This document shows, one piece after another, positions 8,932 to 21,506 of a stretch of 64,000 nt of DNA. Made by a program: the position numbers and the translations under genes. The notes under the pieces are model-generated. The model had not been told where the DNA came from. It did not search any database and worked only from the letters and a program-made list of their open reading frames with translations. The stretch's first letter is position 1; the number at the start of each line of letters is the position of its first letter. Origin of the DNA: an uncultured Solirubrobacterales bacterium (GTDB lineage Bacteria; Actinomycetota; Thermoleophilia; Solirubrobacterales; 70-9); contig CAVZLE010000005.1 in assembly GCA_963776045.1 (NCBI GenBank), positions 541,599 through 605,598 on the forward strand, in the 5' to 3' direction.

Positions 8932-11197
8932 CTAGCTGCCCGCCTCGCTCAGGTTCTGAGCGATCGCGATCATCTGCGGCTCGGTGAGGAGCTTGTCGAG
9001 CGTGTTCGTGACCCAGTACATGGTCTTGTCGCGCTCGAAGGCCACCATCCGCAGCTGGCCGCCGTCCCGGTAGAAGCTGTACTCCCGGTCCCCGATCTTG
9101 CGCTTGTCGCTGGGGTTGGCGAACAGCGGCGCATCGAGCCAGTCTGTCCCCGAGACGCCGTAGTACGCCGTCGGGTAGGTGGTGCCCTGGGTCGTCAGCA
9201 CGAACTTGTAGCCGTGGTAGACCTTGTCGTTGCTGCCGTCGATCCGGAAGTACCGGCTGTCGTCGCTGACGGACGCATTTCCGCTGGCGACGATCTTGGT
9301 CGGGTACAGGATCGGGAACTTCAGGTCCTTGCCCCCCTGTTCGCGGATCACGGCCGCGTATTGCTGGCCGCCGGCCGTCGAGTCGATCATCTGCGACGCG
9401 GCGATCTGCTCGGGCGTCTGGTCCGGTTCAGGATCGGGCTTGTGCCTTGTCCTTGTCCTTGTCCTTCCCCTTGTCGCCGTCCGCCTTCGGTTTCTCCTCG
9501 CCGCCATCCGACTTGGCCGCGTCGTCGTCCGAGTCGTCGCCGCCCGACTCGCCCAGGAACTGGCTCACCGCGGCCTGCAGCGGCTCGTCGCCGGCGGTGA
9601 CGTACCCCTCGGCGTCGAGGCTGTCGAACGGGAAGTCGATCTGGGCGATCTGGGCGTCCCGCGCTGCGGCCATGAGCTTGAACAGCGTCAGAAGCGTGGG
9701 AGCGTCGTCGATGTCGGAGGTCGTGTAGTCCGTGAAGATGTTGAGCAGCTTCTCGCGCTCCTCGAGCAGCTTCTCGGGCGGGACCTTCTGGCGCGCCTCG
9801 CGCAGGAAGCCCTGCTGGCGGGCGGCGCGGACGATGTCGTTGTCCTCGTGGCGGTAGCGGACGTACTGCAGCGCCTTGAACCCGCAGAGCCGCTGGTAGC
9901 CGGCCTGGATGTCGATCTCGGCGTACTGGTCGGCGAACGAGGCCGCGGTGGCGTTGTCGTTGAAGTAGTGGCGGTCGACGTCAACGTAGACGCACCCGAT
10001 TGCGTCCACGGCGTCGGCGAACCCGTTGAAGTCCACGTTTACCACGTGGTTGATCGGGATCCGGTTGTCGGTGAGCTGCTTGACGACCTCGAGCGTGAGC
10101 TTCGGCCCACCGTAGGAGTAGGCGGCGTTGAACTTGTCGATGCCGTGGCCTGGGATGTTCACCCGCAGGTCGCGGGGGATCGACAGCTGCGTGATCGCGT
10201 TGTCGGGGTCGACCCGCAGCAGCATCGTCGTGTCCGACAGGCCCTTGCTGGACTGATCGGGCCGGACGTCGGACCCGATGATCAGGAAGTTCTGGGCCTT
10301 CTGGTCGCCCACCTCGTCGAGCTGGTCCTCGACCCCCGGCAGGCCTCCCAGTCCCTTGGCGAACTCGGTGATGTAGACCAGGCTTGTGATGGCCGTCGCC
10401 GCGGCCATCGAGGCGACGATCAGGAAGGTCGCCGCCACGAAGCGCGGCCAAGGCCCGGAGCGGGGCGGCTTCTCGTCGGACGCGCCGACCGCTTCTGGCT
10501 CCTCCCCCGCTGAAGCCGCGGTGGCCACGACGGCCGTAGCGGCCTCCTCTGGCTCGGCCTCTGCCGCCTCGGCGTCGGCGTCCGCCGCTCCGGCAGCGGC
10601 GGCACCCGCCGCGGCCTTGCCGGGCTCGGTGATGCCGCGCTTCTTGGCGTGCTCGGCGGTCCGGTCGCGAAGGCCCTGCATCGCGGCCTCGCGTGCCTCC
10701 TCCTGGTCGGCGGCGGCGAGGGTGTCGGCTTCCGTGGTGGCGCCGGCGGTGGGCTTCTCGGTTTCGTCCGCGTCGCTCTCGTCCGCTGCATCGTCGCTCG
10801 TGGGGTCAGACCCCTCGGCGTCGTCAGGGTCGGGCTCGTCCGCGCCTTCGGCGTCTGACCCCGCGTCCGGTTCATCCTCCTCGTCGAACTCGAACTCGTC
10901 GGCGGGCTCGGCGCCCTCGTCGGCGGTCGCCTCCACGGCCTCGGGTTCATCCTCCGCCTCGGGCGCCCCCGCTTCGTCCTCGTGCTCGCCCGCGAGCTCC
11001 GTGTCGAGGTCGTCCGCGCTCGGTTCATCCTCTTCGTCGGGCAGCCCGCTCCATTGCTGGCGCCCGGCCCAGGTCGCGGGCGCGGGCGGCTCGTCCGCGC
11101 CCTCCTCCTCGAAGCCGGCATCGTCGGGCGCGTCGGCCTCGAGGTCCTCCTCGTCGTCCTCGGGCGGGTTCTCTCCGTCGAACACGTCGGGGCTCAT
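8932..11197 (-). pseudogene. LCP (LytR-CpsA-Psr) family glycopolymer ligase with acidic N-terminal region and extra C-terminal domain; apparent 1-nt insertion
   Basis: ORF 9428..11293 carries the TM helix and LCP core (NFLIIGSDVR...SDTTMLLRVDP...IPRDL...NHVVNVDFNGF). ORF 8932..9507 continues in the next frame. Removing one base at 9445-9446 gives ...KDKDKDKHKPDPEPDQ.... Start ATG 11197 overlaps the M20 stop (ATGA). Confidence 0.8.
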
Positions 11198-12304
11198 CGC
11201 GCGGCGCTCTCCCTTGCCAGCATCGCAGGAAGGGCGTTCACGAAGTCGACGATGGCCTTGCGATAGCTCGCCAGCGAGGAGATCGAGACCCACTCCTCGG
11301 GGCCGTGATGCCCGGCGCCGGCGGGCCCGAATTCGACCGCGGGGATGCCCACGCGCAGGAACGACACCGCGTCGGAGGCGCCGTCGCGGCCGACGCTGGT
11401 CACGCCCTCACCGTGGTGGCGGGCGGCGGCGGCGCAGAGGCCCCGGACCCAGACGGACTCGGGATCGACGGTGGCGGGCGGGCGGGAGAAGGTGGAGACC
11501 ACCTTGGAGTCATCCAGCGTCGCGACCTGCGCGAGGATCTCGGCAGGGTCCTGCTCCGGCAGGTAGCGGACGTCGACGTCGATGTAACACGTGTCGGGCA
11601 CCTTGTTCAGGGCGTCTCCTCCGAGGATGCGGCCGAGGTTGATCGATGGCCGGTCGAACAGCTCGGAGCTGCGAGAGGCAAACGGTAGCGACTCGATTCC
11701 CCGAAACACCTCCAGTGCCTTGATGATCGCGTTCTCGCCCAGCCACGGCGTCGCGCCGTGCGCCGCCCGGCCGCTCACGTGGAGACGCATGGCGAGAACG
11801 CCCTTCGCCGCCACGCCCGACGTGCATGTCGGTGGGCTCGCCCGTGATCGCGAAATCGCCGCGGAAGCCGCTGTCCACGAGCAGGTCCCCCCCGCGCTCG
11901 GTCTCCTCCTCCGACTCCTCGTCGGGAACGATGCCCAGGAGCACCCGGACCCCGTCCTGGTCGCGCAGGTCGGCCATCGCGAGGAGCAGGGCGGCGACGG
12001 CGCCCTTCATGTCGTAGGCGCCACGGCCGCTGAGCTTGTCGCCGTCGACCCGGGGCTGGAACTGCTCGGGTCGGCCCGGCACGACGTCGATGTGGCCGTG
12101 GAGGAGGATCGTGGTCGGAGCGCCGTGCGGGCCAACCGCCGCGGTTGTGACCGGAAGGCCGCGGATCCCCATCTGGCTCGACTCGACCTCGCGCGAGTCC
12201 AGCCAGCCCTTGACGAACCCGGCGCACTGCCGGATCCCCTCCTCGGAGGAGGTGTCGTAGGCGATCAGCCGCTCGGTTAGTGCCTGTTCCTCGGGCTTTG
12301 CGAT
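11194..12304 (-). pseudogene. M20/M25/M40 family metallopeptidase (DapE/ArgE-like); apparent 1-nt insertion; start codon unresolved
   Basis: N-terminal half in the frame of ORF 11510..12172 (HGHIDVVPG, GRGAYDMKG, DEESEE, ITGEPTDMHVG). C-terminal half in ORF 11194..11814 (AAKGVLAMRLHVSGRAAHG...). The frames join if one C of CCC at 11816-11818 is removed. The open frame extends to 12313 with homology-like sequence (EEQALTERLIAYDTSSEEG) but no ATG/GTG/TTG. Confidence 0.75.
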
Positions 12305-12333
12305 CCGGTGATGTTAGGCGGCGGCCCTGAAGC

Positions 12334-12828
12334 TCAGCCGGCTTGGGCCGGCTCGCCGTCAGCGGCACGCTTGAGCTCGGCGATGTCGAACTTCACCATC
12401 TTCATCATCGCCTCCATCGCGCGCCGGGCCCGCTCGGGGTCCGAGTCGCCGAAGAGCTCCTCCATGCCGCCCGGAACGACCTGCCAGGAAAGACCAAAGC
12501 GGTCCTTGAGCCAGCCACACTGGCTCTCGGTGCCGCCGCCCTCGAGCAGCGCGTCCCAGTAGTGGTCGATCTCATCCTGGTCTGAGCACTCGATCAGAAA
12601 CGAGACGGCCTCGTCGAACTTGAACTGGGGGCCGCCGTTGATGCCGGTGAACCGCTGCCCGTCGAGCTCGAAGTCGACCGTCATCACCGTGCCGGGCTCG
12701 CCCGGAGAGCCCTCCTGGTAGTGGGTCACGTTCACGATCTTCGAGTTCGGGAACACGGAGCAGTAGAACTCCGCTGCCTCCTCTGCCTCCTTGTCGAACC
12801 AGAAGTTGGGGACGATCGGCTTCAGCAT
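12334..12828 (-). CDS. VOC/glyoxalase-fold protein (3-demethylubiquinone-9 3-methyltransferase-like domain, PhnB-like)
   Basis: MLKPIVPNFWFDKEAEEAAEFYCSVFPNSKI...GWLKDRFGLSWQVVP. AAGGAG Shine-Dalgarno 7 nt upstream of ATG 12828. Confidence 0.8.
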   Translation of the reverse strand: MLKPIVPNFWFDKEAEEAAEFYCSVFPNSKIVNVTHYQEGSPGEPGTVMTVDFELDGQRFTGINGGPQFKFDEAVSFLIECSDQDEIDHYWDALLEGGGTESQCGWLKDRFGLSWQVVPGGMEELFGDSDPERARRAMEAMMKMVKFDIAELKRAADGEPAQAG

Positions 12829-12919
12829 GCGTGGCTCCTTGGCGGTCGAAGTGGTCTCTCCCACGATAAGACCGCAAGCGCACCCGGAACTCATCGGTCG
12901 GTGGCCATAGGCTGGGTGC

Positions 12920-13672
12920 GTGATCTCCGAGGAGGCGCGCGCATGGCGCAACGGGAAGCACGATCGCGTGTGCGACGTCATCGAGCCCTGGGAGCATGGG
13001 ACGGTCGTCCGGGCGAGCCGGCACCCCCACTACTTCGACCTCAACTGCGTCCGAGTCGAGGCGCCGACCGGCATGGACGCCGACGGCCTCATCGAGGTCG
13101 CGGACCGAGGCCTCCATGAGCTGGGGCACAGCAAGCTCGAGATGGACCTCGTCACGGAGGCCGAGACGCTCCGCCCCGAGTTCGACAGGCGAGGGTGGAA
13201 GACGAGCCGGCTCGTGTGGATGCGCCACGACGCGCCGCTTCCGCCTGGGCCCACGGCCGAGGTGGAGGAGGTGCCCTACGACGCCGTGCACCGCCTTCGC
13301 GACACCTGGCATCGCGAGGACTACCCCGATGTCGACCCCGGCAACTACCACGCCGAGGCGCGCGAGGTCGCCCTCCAGTGCGGCGCTCGGGTCTTCGCGA
13401 CCGTCGAGGGTGGCGCGCCGGTGGGGTTCTCCGAGGTCGAGTACCGCGACGGGTCAGCCGAGATCACCAGCGTGTACGTGCTTCCCGAGCACCGGGGCGG
13501 CGGTCGCGGAACTGCGATCACCAGGGCGGCGATCGAGGCCTGCTCGGATGCCACCGACCTCTGGATCGTGGCCGACGACGAGGACCGCCCGAAGGAGCTC
13601 TACGTCAGGCTCGGCTTCCGGCCGGCCTGGATCTCGATGGAGTTCCTGCTGCCGCCCGCGGCGGGCGACTAG
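12920..13672 (+). CDS. GNAT family N-acetyltransferase
   Basis: C-terminal acetyl-CoA motif VLPEHRGGGRGTAI. 250 aa, GTG start. Confidence 0.75.
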   Translation: MISEEARAWRNGKHDRVCDVIEPWEHGTVVRASRHPHYFDLNCVRVEAPTGMDADGLIEVADRGLHELGHSKLEMDLVTEAETLRPEFDRRGWKTSRLVWMRHDAPLPPGPTAEVEEVPYDAVHRLRDTWHREDYPDVDPGNYHAEAREVALQCGARVFATVEGGAPVGFSEVEYRDGSAEITSVYVLPEHRGGGRGTAITRAAIEACSDATDLWIVADDEDRPKELYVRLGFRPAWISMEFLLPPAAGD

Positions 13673-14088
13673 CTGGATTCGGCGATCTGGATGAAGGCCT
13701 CGCAGCGCGCGACCTCGCGCTGCGCGGTCTCCTCGGCGGCCGAGCCCTCGTCGGCCTCCTCGGCGCGCTGCTTCGCCTCGTCGAGGCGGGACTTCAGCTC
13801 GCTCACGTCCAGGTCGCCCGGTGCCTTGACCTCGGCCACGAGAACGCGGGCGCGGTTGGCGAAGACCTCCATCCAGCCCTCGCCCTGCGCGTAGCGCTCC
13901 GGCTCCCCCGACTCCGACTCGTGCAGGCGCAGCTCGCACGGCACCAGCCGTGCGATCAGGGGAGCGTGGCGGGCGCGAATGCCGACCTCGCCCACCGCCG
14001 TCCGGGTCGAGAGCATGAAGAGGTCGCCCTCGAAGACCGAGCCCTCGGGGGTGAGGACCTGCGCCTCGAGCTTTCCATCCTCCGCCAA
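13669..14088 (-). CDS. atpC: F1 ATP synthase subunit epsilon
   Basis: 139 aa directly downstream of atpD, with typical epsilon beta-sandwich sequence (LEAQVLTPEGSVFEG...) and helical tail. Confidence 0.9.
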   Translation of the reverse strand: MAEDGKLEAQVLTPEGSVFEGDLFMLSTRTAVGEVGIRARHAPLIARLVPCELRLHESESGEPERYAQGEGWMEVFANRARVLVAEVKAPGDLDVSELKSRLDEAKQRAEEADEGSAAEETAQREVARCEAFIQIAESS

Positions 14089-14091
14089 GGA

Positions 14092-15634
<1,543 letters not shown>

Positions 15635-15647
15635 CAGTTCCTTTCCT

Positions 15648-16568
15648 CTAGCCGAGCGCTTCTGCGCCGGCGACGACTTCCAAGATCTCCTGCGTGATCT
15701 CCGCCTGCCGCACCCGGTTCATCTCCAGGGTGAGGTCGCGGATCATGTCCTGAGCGTTCTCCGAGGCGCTGCGCATCGCGGTCATCCGCGCGCCCAGCTC
15801 GGACGCCGCGGACTCCAGCAGCGCGCGGTAGACGGAGAGGTCCACGTACTCCTCGAACAGCTTCGGGAGCAGCACCTCGGGCTCCGGCTCGTGGTACCAG
15901 GCGCCCTTCATGTGCGCCTCGGCAAGCTCGGCGTCGGCGGGCTCCTCGGGGTCGGGGATGCCCTCGCCGAACACCTCCGCCTGCTGGAGCGGCAGCAGCG
16001 TCTGGCGCCGCACGTACTGGGTGAGCGGCGAGACGTAGCGGTTGTAGACCAGGTCGACCCGGTCGAGCTCTTCGTCCACGTAGGCCGTGGTGAGCGCACG
16101 CGAGATCTCGCGTGCGTCGGTGAACGCCGGGCGATCGGTGAAGCCGATGTAGGAGTGCTCGACGTTCTCGCCGCGGAAGGTGAGCGTGGAGTTGCCTCGC
16201 CGGCCGACGACCGAGTAGATCGTCTCCGTGCCGTCGGAGCGGTACTCGGACTTCAGGCGCAGGCCCTCGCGGATGATCTGCGTGTTGAACGCGCCCGCGA
16301 GGCCACGGTCGCCGGTGACGAGCAGGATGCCGACGCGCTCGGTCTTCTCGCGCTCCTGCAGCAGCGCGACGCGGGCGATCACGCCCTCGTCGGCCGCGGC
16401 GACCTGCTGGGTCATCTTGCGGATCGCCTGCGCGTAGGGGCGCATCGCGTCGATGCGCTGCTCGGCCCGCCGCAGCCGGGCGGCCGCGACCATCTCCATC
16501 GCCCGCGTGATCTTGTGGACGTTCTTGACCGCGGAGATGCGGTTGTTGACTTCCTTCTGGGTGGCCAT
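15648..16568 (-). CDS. atpG: F1 ATP synthase subunit gamma
   Basis: 306 aa between atpA and atpD. N-terminus [28 protein letters not shown] and C-terminus [19 protein letters not shown] are typical of gamma. Confidence 0.93.
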   Translation of the reverse strand: MATQKEVNNRISAVKNVHKITRAMEMVAAARLRRAEQRIDAMRPYAQAIRKMTQQVAAADEGVIARVALLQEREKTERVGILLVTGDRGLAGAFNTQIIREGLRLKSEYRSDGTETIYSVVGRRGNSTLTFRGENVEHSYIGFTDRPAFTDAREISRALTTAYVDEELDRVDLVYNRYVSPLTQYVRRQTLLPLQQAEVFGEGIPDPEEPADAELAEAHMKGAWYHEPEPEVLLPKLFEEYVDLSVYRALLESAASELGARMTAMRSASENAQDMIRDLTLEMNRVRQAEITQEILEVVAGAEALG

Positions 16569-16577
16569 GGTGCGCGC

Positions 16578-18260
<1,683 letters not shown>

Positions 18261-18290
18261 GGTTCTCCTTTGACTCAGTCGTGTAGCGGT

Positions 18291-18824
18291 CTACGCCGCC
18301 TTCGCGACTTCCTTTCGAAGTTTCTCCAGCTTGGTGCGGATGCTCGCGTCGAGCACTCTGTTGCCGACCCGCAGCACGAGGCCACCGAGGACCTCTGGAT
18401 CGACCTCCCTGGTGAGATTGATCGTACGGTCAGTCTGGCGCTCGATCTCCTTGCCGACCCGGTCCACGACGGCGTCGTCGAGCTCCACGGCACTCGTGAG
18501 CGTCACGTCGAGCTGGCGGTTCTCCTCCGCCCAGCGCTCGTCGAAGCGGCGGCGGACGAGGAAGATGGCCGGCATCCGGTGCTTCTCGGCCAGTAGCTCG
18601 AGGAAGTTCAGGAGCTCGGGCTCCGCACCCGAGACCACCTTGTTCAACCCCTCCCGCTTCTCCTTCGAGGAGAAGTAGGGGCTGAACAGGAACACCTGGA
18701 GGTCGCGGGTCTCGTTCATCGCATCGACGAACTGGCCCAGCTCGTCGTGGATGGAGTCCAGCTTCTCCTCCTCCTTGGCGACGTCGAATAGAGCGTCGCC
18801 GTAAACGCGGCCGATTTCCTCCAC
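18291..18824 (-). CDS. atpH: F1 ATP synthase subunit delta (OSCP)
   Basis: 177 aa between atpF and atpA, with an OSCP-like sequence. Confidence 0.88.
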   Translation of the reverse strand: MEEIGRVYGDALFDVAKEEEKLDSIHDELGQFVDAMNETRDLQVFLFSPYFSSKEKREGLNKVVSGAEPELLNFLELLAEKHRMPAIFLVRRRFDERWAEENRQLDVTLTSAVELDDAVVDRVGKEIERQTDRTINLTREVDPEVLGGLVLRVGNRVLDASIRTKLEKLRKEVAKAA

Positions 18825-18830
18825 GGGCGC

Positions 18831-19496
18831 CTACTTCTCCCCGTTCGCCTCGGCGCCGGAGAGCGCGGTGAAGTCGACCTCGCCGAGGGCGTCGTCGATC
18901 AGGCGCTTGTGGTCCGCGTCGTCGAGCGACTTGCGGGTGACCTTCTCGGTCGCGAGCACGGTGAGATCGGCGATCTCCTTGCGAATCTGCTCGAGGGAGC
19001 GCCGCGTCTCGGTCTCGATGTCCTTCCGCGCGGCCGCAACGAGCTCCTCGCGCTTCGCCTTGCCCTCGCTGGTCGCCTCGGCCACGGCGGCGTCTGCCGC
19101 CTTCCGGGCCCTTGCCGCGATGTCGTCGGCCTGCTCGCGCGCCTCGGTGAGCCGCTGGCGGTACTCGTCGAGGAGCTTGTCCGCCTCCTCACGCTGCTTC
19201 TCCGAGGCCTCGATGTTCTCGCGGATGGCGTTCGCCCGCTTCTCAAGCGCCTCGCCGATCTTCGGGAAGGCGACCTTGTTGAGGACGAACATCGTCACGC
19301 CGAACGCCAGCAGCGTCCAGAACATCAGCCCCAATGCGGGCGAGACGAGGAAGCTGCCGCCCTCCTCCTCGGCCGCGTGCTCCTCCTGCGCGAGCACCTC
19401 CGGTGCGAGCACGAGCAGGGCAAGCGCCGCCAGCCCGAAGGCGGCGAGGTAGCGCTTCTGCCGGGTCACCCCGGCGATCTGTGCGACTCCCAGCAC
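18831..19496 (-). CDS. atpF: Fo ATP synthase subunit b
   Basis: TM segment LMFWTLLAFGVTMFVLNKVAFPKI followed by a long charged coiled-coil. An N-terminal extension is present and the start is uncertain. Confidence 0.85.
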   Translation of the reverse strand: MLGVAQIAGVTRQKRYLAAFGLAALALLVLAPEVLAQEEHAAEEEGGSFLVSPALGLMFWTLLAFGVTMFVLNKVAFPKIGEALEKRANAIRENIEASEKQREEADKLLDEYRQRLTEAREQADDIAARARKAADAAVAEATSEGKAKREELVAAARKDIETETRRSLEQIRKEIADLTVLATEKVTRKSLDDADHKRLIDDALGEVDFTALSGAEANGEK

Positions 19497-19503
19497 CGTC
19501 GGC

Positions 19504-19779
19504 CTAGAGGAAGAAGGCGATGAGGCCGAAGATGAAGGTGTAGAAGGCGACCGCCTCGGTGAGCGCGAAGCCCAGCCAGCGAATCGACTGCAGTTCGTCC
19601 TTCATCTCCGGCTGGCGGGCGACGGACTGGATCTCCGCGCCGAAGATCACGCCGATGCCGATACCGGCTCCGATCGAGCCGAGCCCGGCGCCGATCCCGA
19701 GCGCGATCGCCTTGCCGGCGTCGGTGACGCCAGTGTCGGTGACGCCCTCCGCGGCCTGGGCCAGAACCATTAGATCCAT
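19504..19779 (-). CDS. atpE: Fo ATP synthase subunit c
   Basis: Gly-rich helix 1 [16 protein letters not shown], loop ARQPE, helix 2 with carboxylate [12 protein letters not shown]. Confidence 0.92.
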   Translation of the reverse strand: MDLMVLAQAAEGVTDTGVTDAGKAIALGIGAGLGSIGAGIGIGVIFGAEIQSVARQPEMKDELQSIRWLGFALTEAVAFYTFIFGLIAFFL

Positions 19780-19795
19780 TCGTGTGCTCCTTTTC

Positions 19796-20728
19796 CTAGT
19801 GTGATTCGGCGGTCGCTCCGCCGATGTAGATCGCTGTCAAGGTCGAGAAGATGAAGGCCTGGAGTGTGGCGACCAGGCCGATTTCGAAGACGAAGAAGGC
19901 GAAGGCCAGCGGGAACGTGAGGGCTCCCAGCGCCGCCAGCCCGAGCAGGACGGCGAGGCCGCCGGCCATGAAGAGGATGAGCAGGTGGCCCGCCAGGATG
20001 TTGGCGAAAAGACGTACGGAGAGCGAGATCAGCCGCACCATGTGCGAGATCGCCTCGATCATGAAGATGGCGGCACGGCCGAGGATGTTCATGTCCTCCA
20101 GGCCCGGGGGCAGCCACGACTTCAGGTAGCCGAAGAGGCCCTTCGCCCTCACGCCCTCGTAGTGGTAGGCGATGACCGAGATGAGCGCGAGCGTGAGCGG
20201 GATCGAGATGTTCGCCGTCGCCGCGTAGATCGCCAGCGAGGGGACCTCGAGCCCGAGGATGTTCACCGTGTGCTCGGTGTTGGTCGGCAGCGGCACATAG
20301 CCCAGCATGTTCGAGAACCAGATGAAGAAGAAGAGGCCCGCCAGATAGGGGAACCACTTCCGAGCGAGGCTCTGGTCCGGGATGTTGCCGCCGGTGATGT
20401 TGTTGCGGGTGAGGTCGTAGGCCAGCTCCACGGCCATCTGCACCTTGTTCGGCTCGCGCTGCATGCGCCGGGCGATGAAGGTCATCGCGAGGATCGTGAG
20501 CCCGCTTGCGAGCACGACGTAGAGCACGCCCTTCGTGATCGAGAGGTCGACGCCGCCGATGTTGATGTCCAGCCACGGCTCGAGCTTGAACTCGTTCTGG
20601 GGCTGGAACTCCTCGTTCTTGCCCTCGTTGCCGACCACCACGACCAGCAGGACCGTGATCGCGAGGTACAGGCCGATCCCCAGGAAGACCTTCGCCTTCG
20701 TGCTCAATCCAGCGACCCAGGCGCTCAT
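19796..20728 (-). CDS. atpB: Fo ATP synthase subunit a
   Basis: 310-aa polytopic protein with the conserved [13 protein letters not shown] arginine motif. Confidence 0.93.
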   Translation of the reverse strand: MSAWVAGLSTKAKVFLGIGLYLAITVLLVVVVGNEGKNEEFQPQNEFKLEPWLDINIGGVDLSITKGVLYVVLASGLTILAMTFIARRMQREPNKVQMAVELAYDLTRNNITGGNIPDQSLARKWFPYLAGLFFFIWFSNMLGYVPLPTNTEHTVNILGLEVPSLAIYAATANISIPLTLALISVIAYHYEGVRAKGLFGYLKSWLPPGLEDMNILGRAAIFMIEAISHMVRLISLSVRLFANILAGHLLILFMAGGLAVLLGLAALGALTFPLAFAFFVFEIGLVATLQAFIFSTLTAIYIGGATAESH

Positions 20729-21159
20729 AGGCCGGCCTCATCCGGGTACAGCAGGCGAGTGAACGCGAGCGACGCGAAGTGGGCGGTGACGAGGATCAGC
20801 GTGAGGACGGCCGCTGCGAGGCCGTCCTCGCGGTCGGCGAGCAGGCCGACCAGCAGGATCGCCAGCGGCACCAGCCACACGCGCGCCAGCGTGGAGGCGC
20901 CGGTCAGTCCGAGGGCCTTGCGCCGGTCACCGGCGCTGAGCGCGACGTTCGCGCGCCTCTGGGCGAAGATCTGGATCGCGTGCTGGGCGATCCACGCCGC
21001 GGCGGCCACCGCGTAGCCCAGCAGCGGCAGGTCGGCGAGGATGAAGACTGGCAGCGCGAGGGCCAGCAGCCCCAGGTCGGGGTAGCGGAGCGCGAGCGGT
21101 GCCCGCCCGGGGGCGGTGGCCGCGTCAGAGCCGTCTAAAGCGAGCGAAGACAAGAGCAA
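20725..21159 (-). CDS. hypothetical membrane protein in the atpI position of the atp operon
   Basis: Hydrophobic 144-aa ORF with an ATGA overlap onto the atpB start. Start is uncertain and overlaps the upstream small gene. Confidence 0.5.
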   Translation of the reverse strand: MLLSSLALDGSDAATAPGRAPLALRYPDLGLLALALPVFILADLPLLGYAVAAAAWIAQHAIQIFAQRRANVALSAGDRRKALGLTGASTLARVWLVPLAILLVGLLADREDGLAAAVLTLILVTAHFASLAFTRLLYPDEAGL

Positions 21160-21325
21160 GTCCCACGGCGAGGCCGGCGAAGAGGCCGATCAGCCCCAGC
21201 GGTACTGCAAGCCCCAACAGCGAGCCGAGCCCGTAGCCGGCGGCCGAGCAGACGACCATTGCGGCGACGAGCGTCAGCCCCGCGGTTGCCGCATCCGCCC
21301 TCGGTCCTCGAGGGGTCTCGGTCAT
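21125..21325 (-). CDS. AtpZ/AtpI-type small two-TM protein (putative F0F1-ATPase accessory subunit)
   Basis: 66 aa with two Gly/Ala/Leu-rich helices, and the first gene of the atp cluster. Family assignment is by position and shape only. Confidence 0.5.
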   Translation of the reverse strand: MTETPRGPRADAATAGLTLVAAMVVCSAAGYGLGSLLGLAVPLGLIGLFAGLAVGLALVFARFRRL

Positions 21326-21506
21326 CTGAGGTGTCGAAGTCGGGGCCGCGCAAGGGGCTTCAAAAAAAGGGGTCTAAAGGTGCGGACAGCCGCTTCGGTT
21401 CCCGGGATGCAGGACCGTCGCGGCGGACGGCGAATATATCCGAAACCGCCCGGCGACCCGGGCACGTCGGCGTGCCGAAAAGCACGATCTGATGGGGGAT
21501 GAGCGC

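Noticed and set aside
9447-9475. Hexamer tandem repeat (CCTTGT)n that might look like a microsatellite or CRISPR-like element.
   Set aside because: It has only three or four units, lies inside the LCP gene and encodes the KDKDKDK linker. There are no spacers or further repeats.
21448-21486. Three overlapping, mutually exclusive hairpins between wecA and the atp operon that could be read as a terminator/antiterminator. They are GCCCGGcgacCCGGGC, GGCACGtcggCGTGCC and CGTGCcgaaaaGCACG.
   Set aside because: Stems are only 5-6 bp, the trailing U-tract is three residues, and such short GC palindromes are expected by chance in this composition. There is no leader peptide or known ligand-binding fold.
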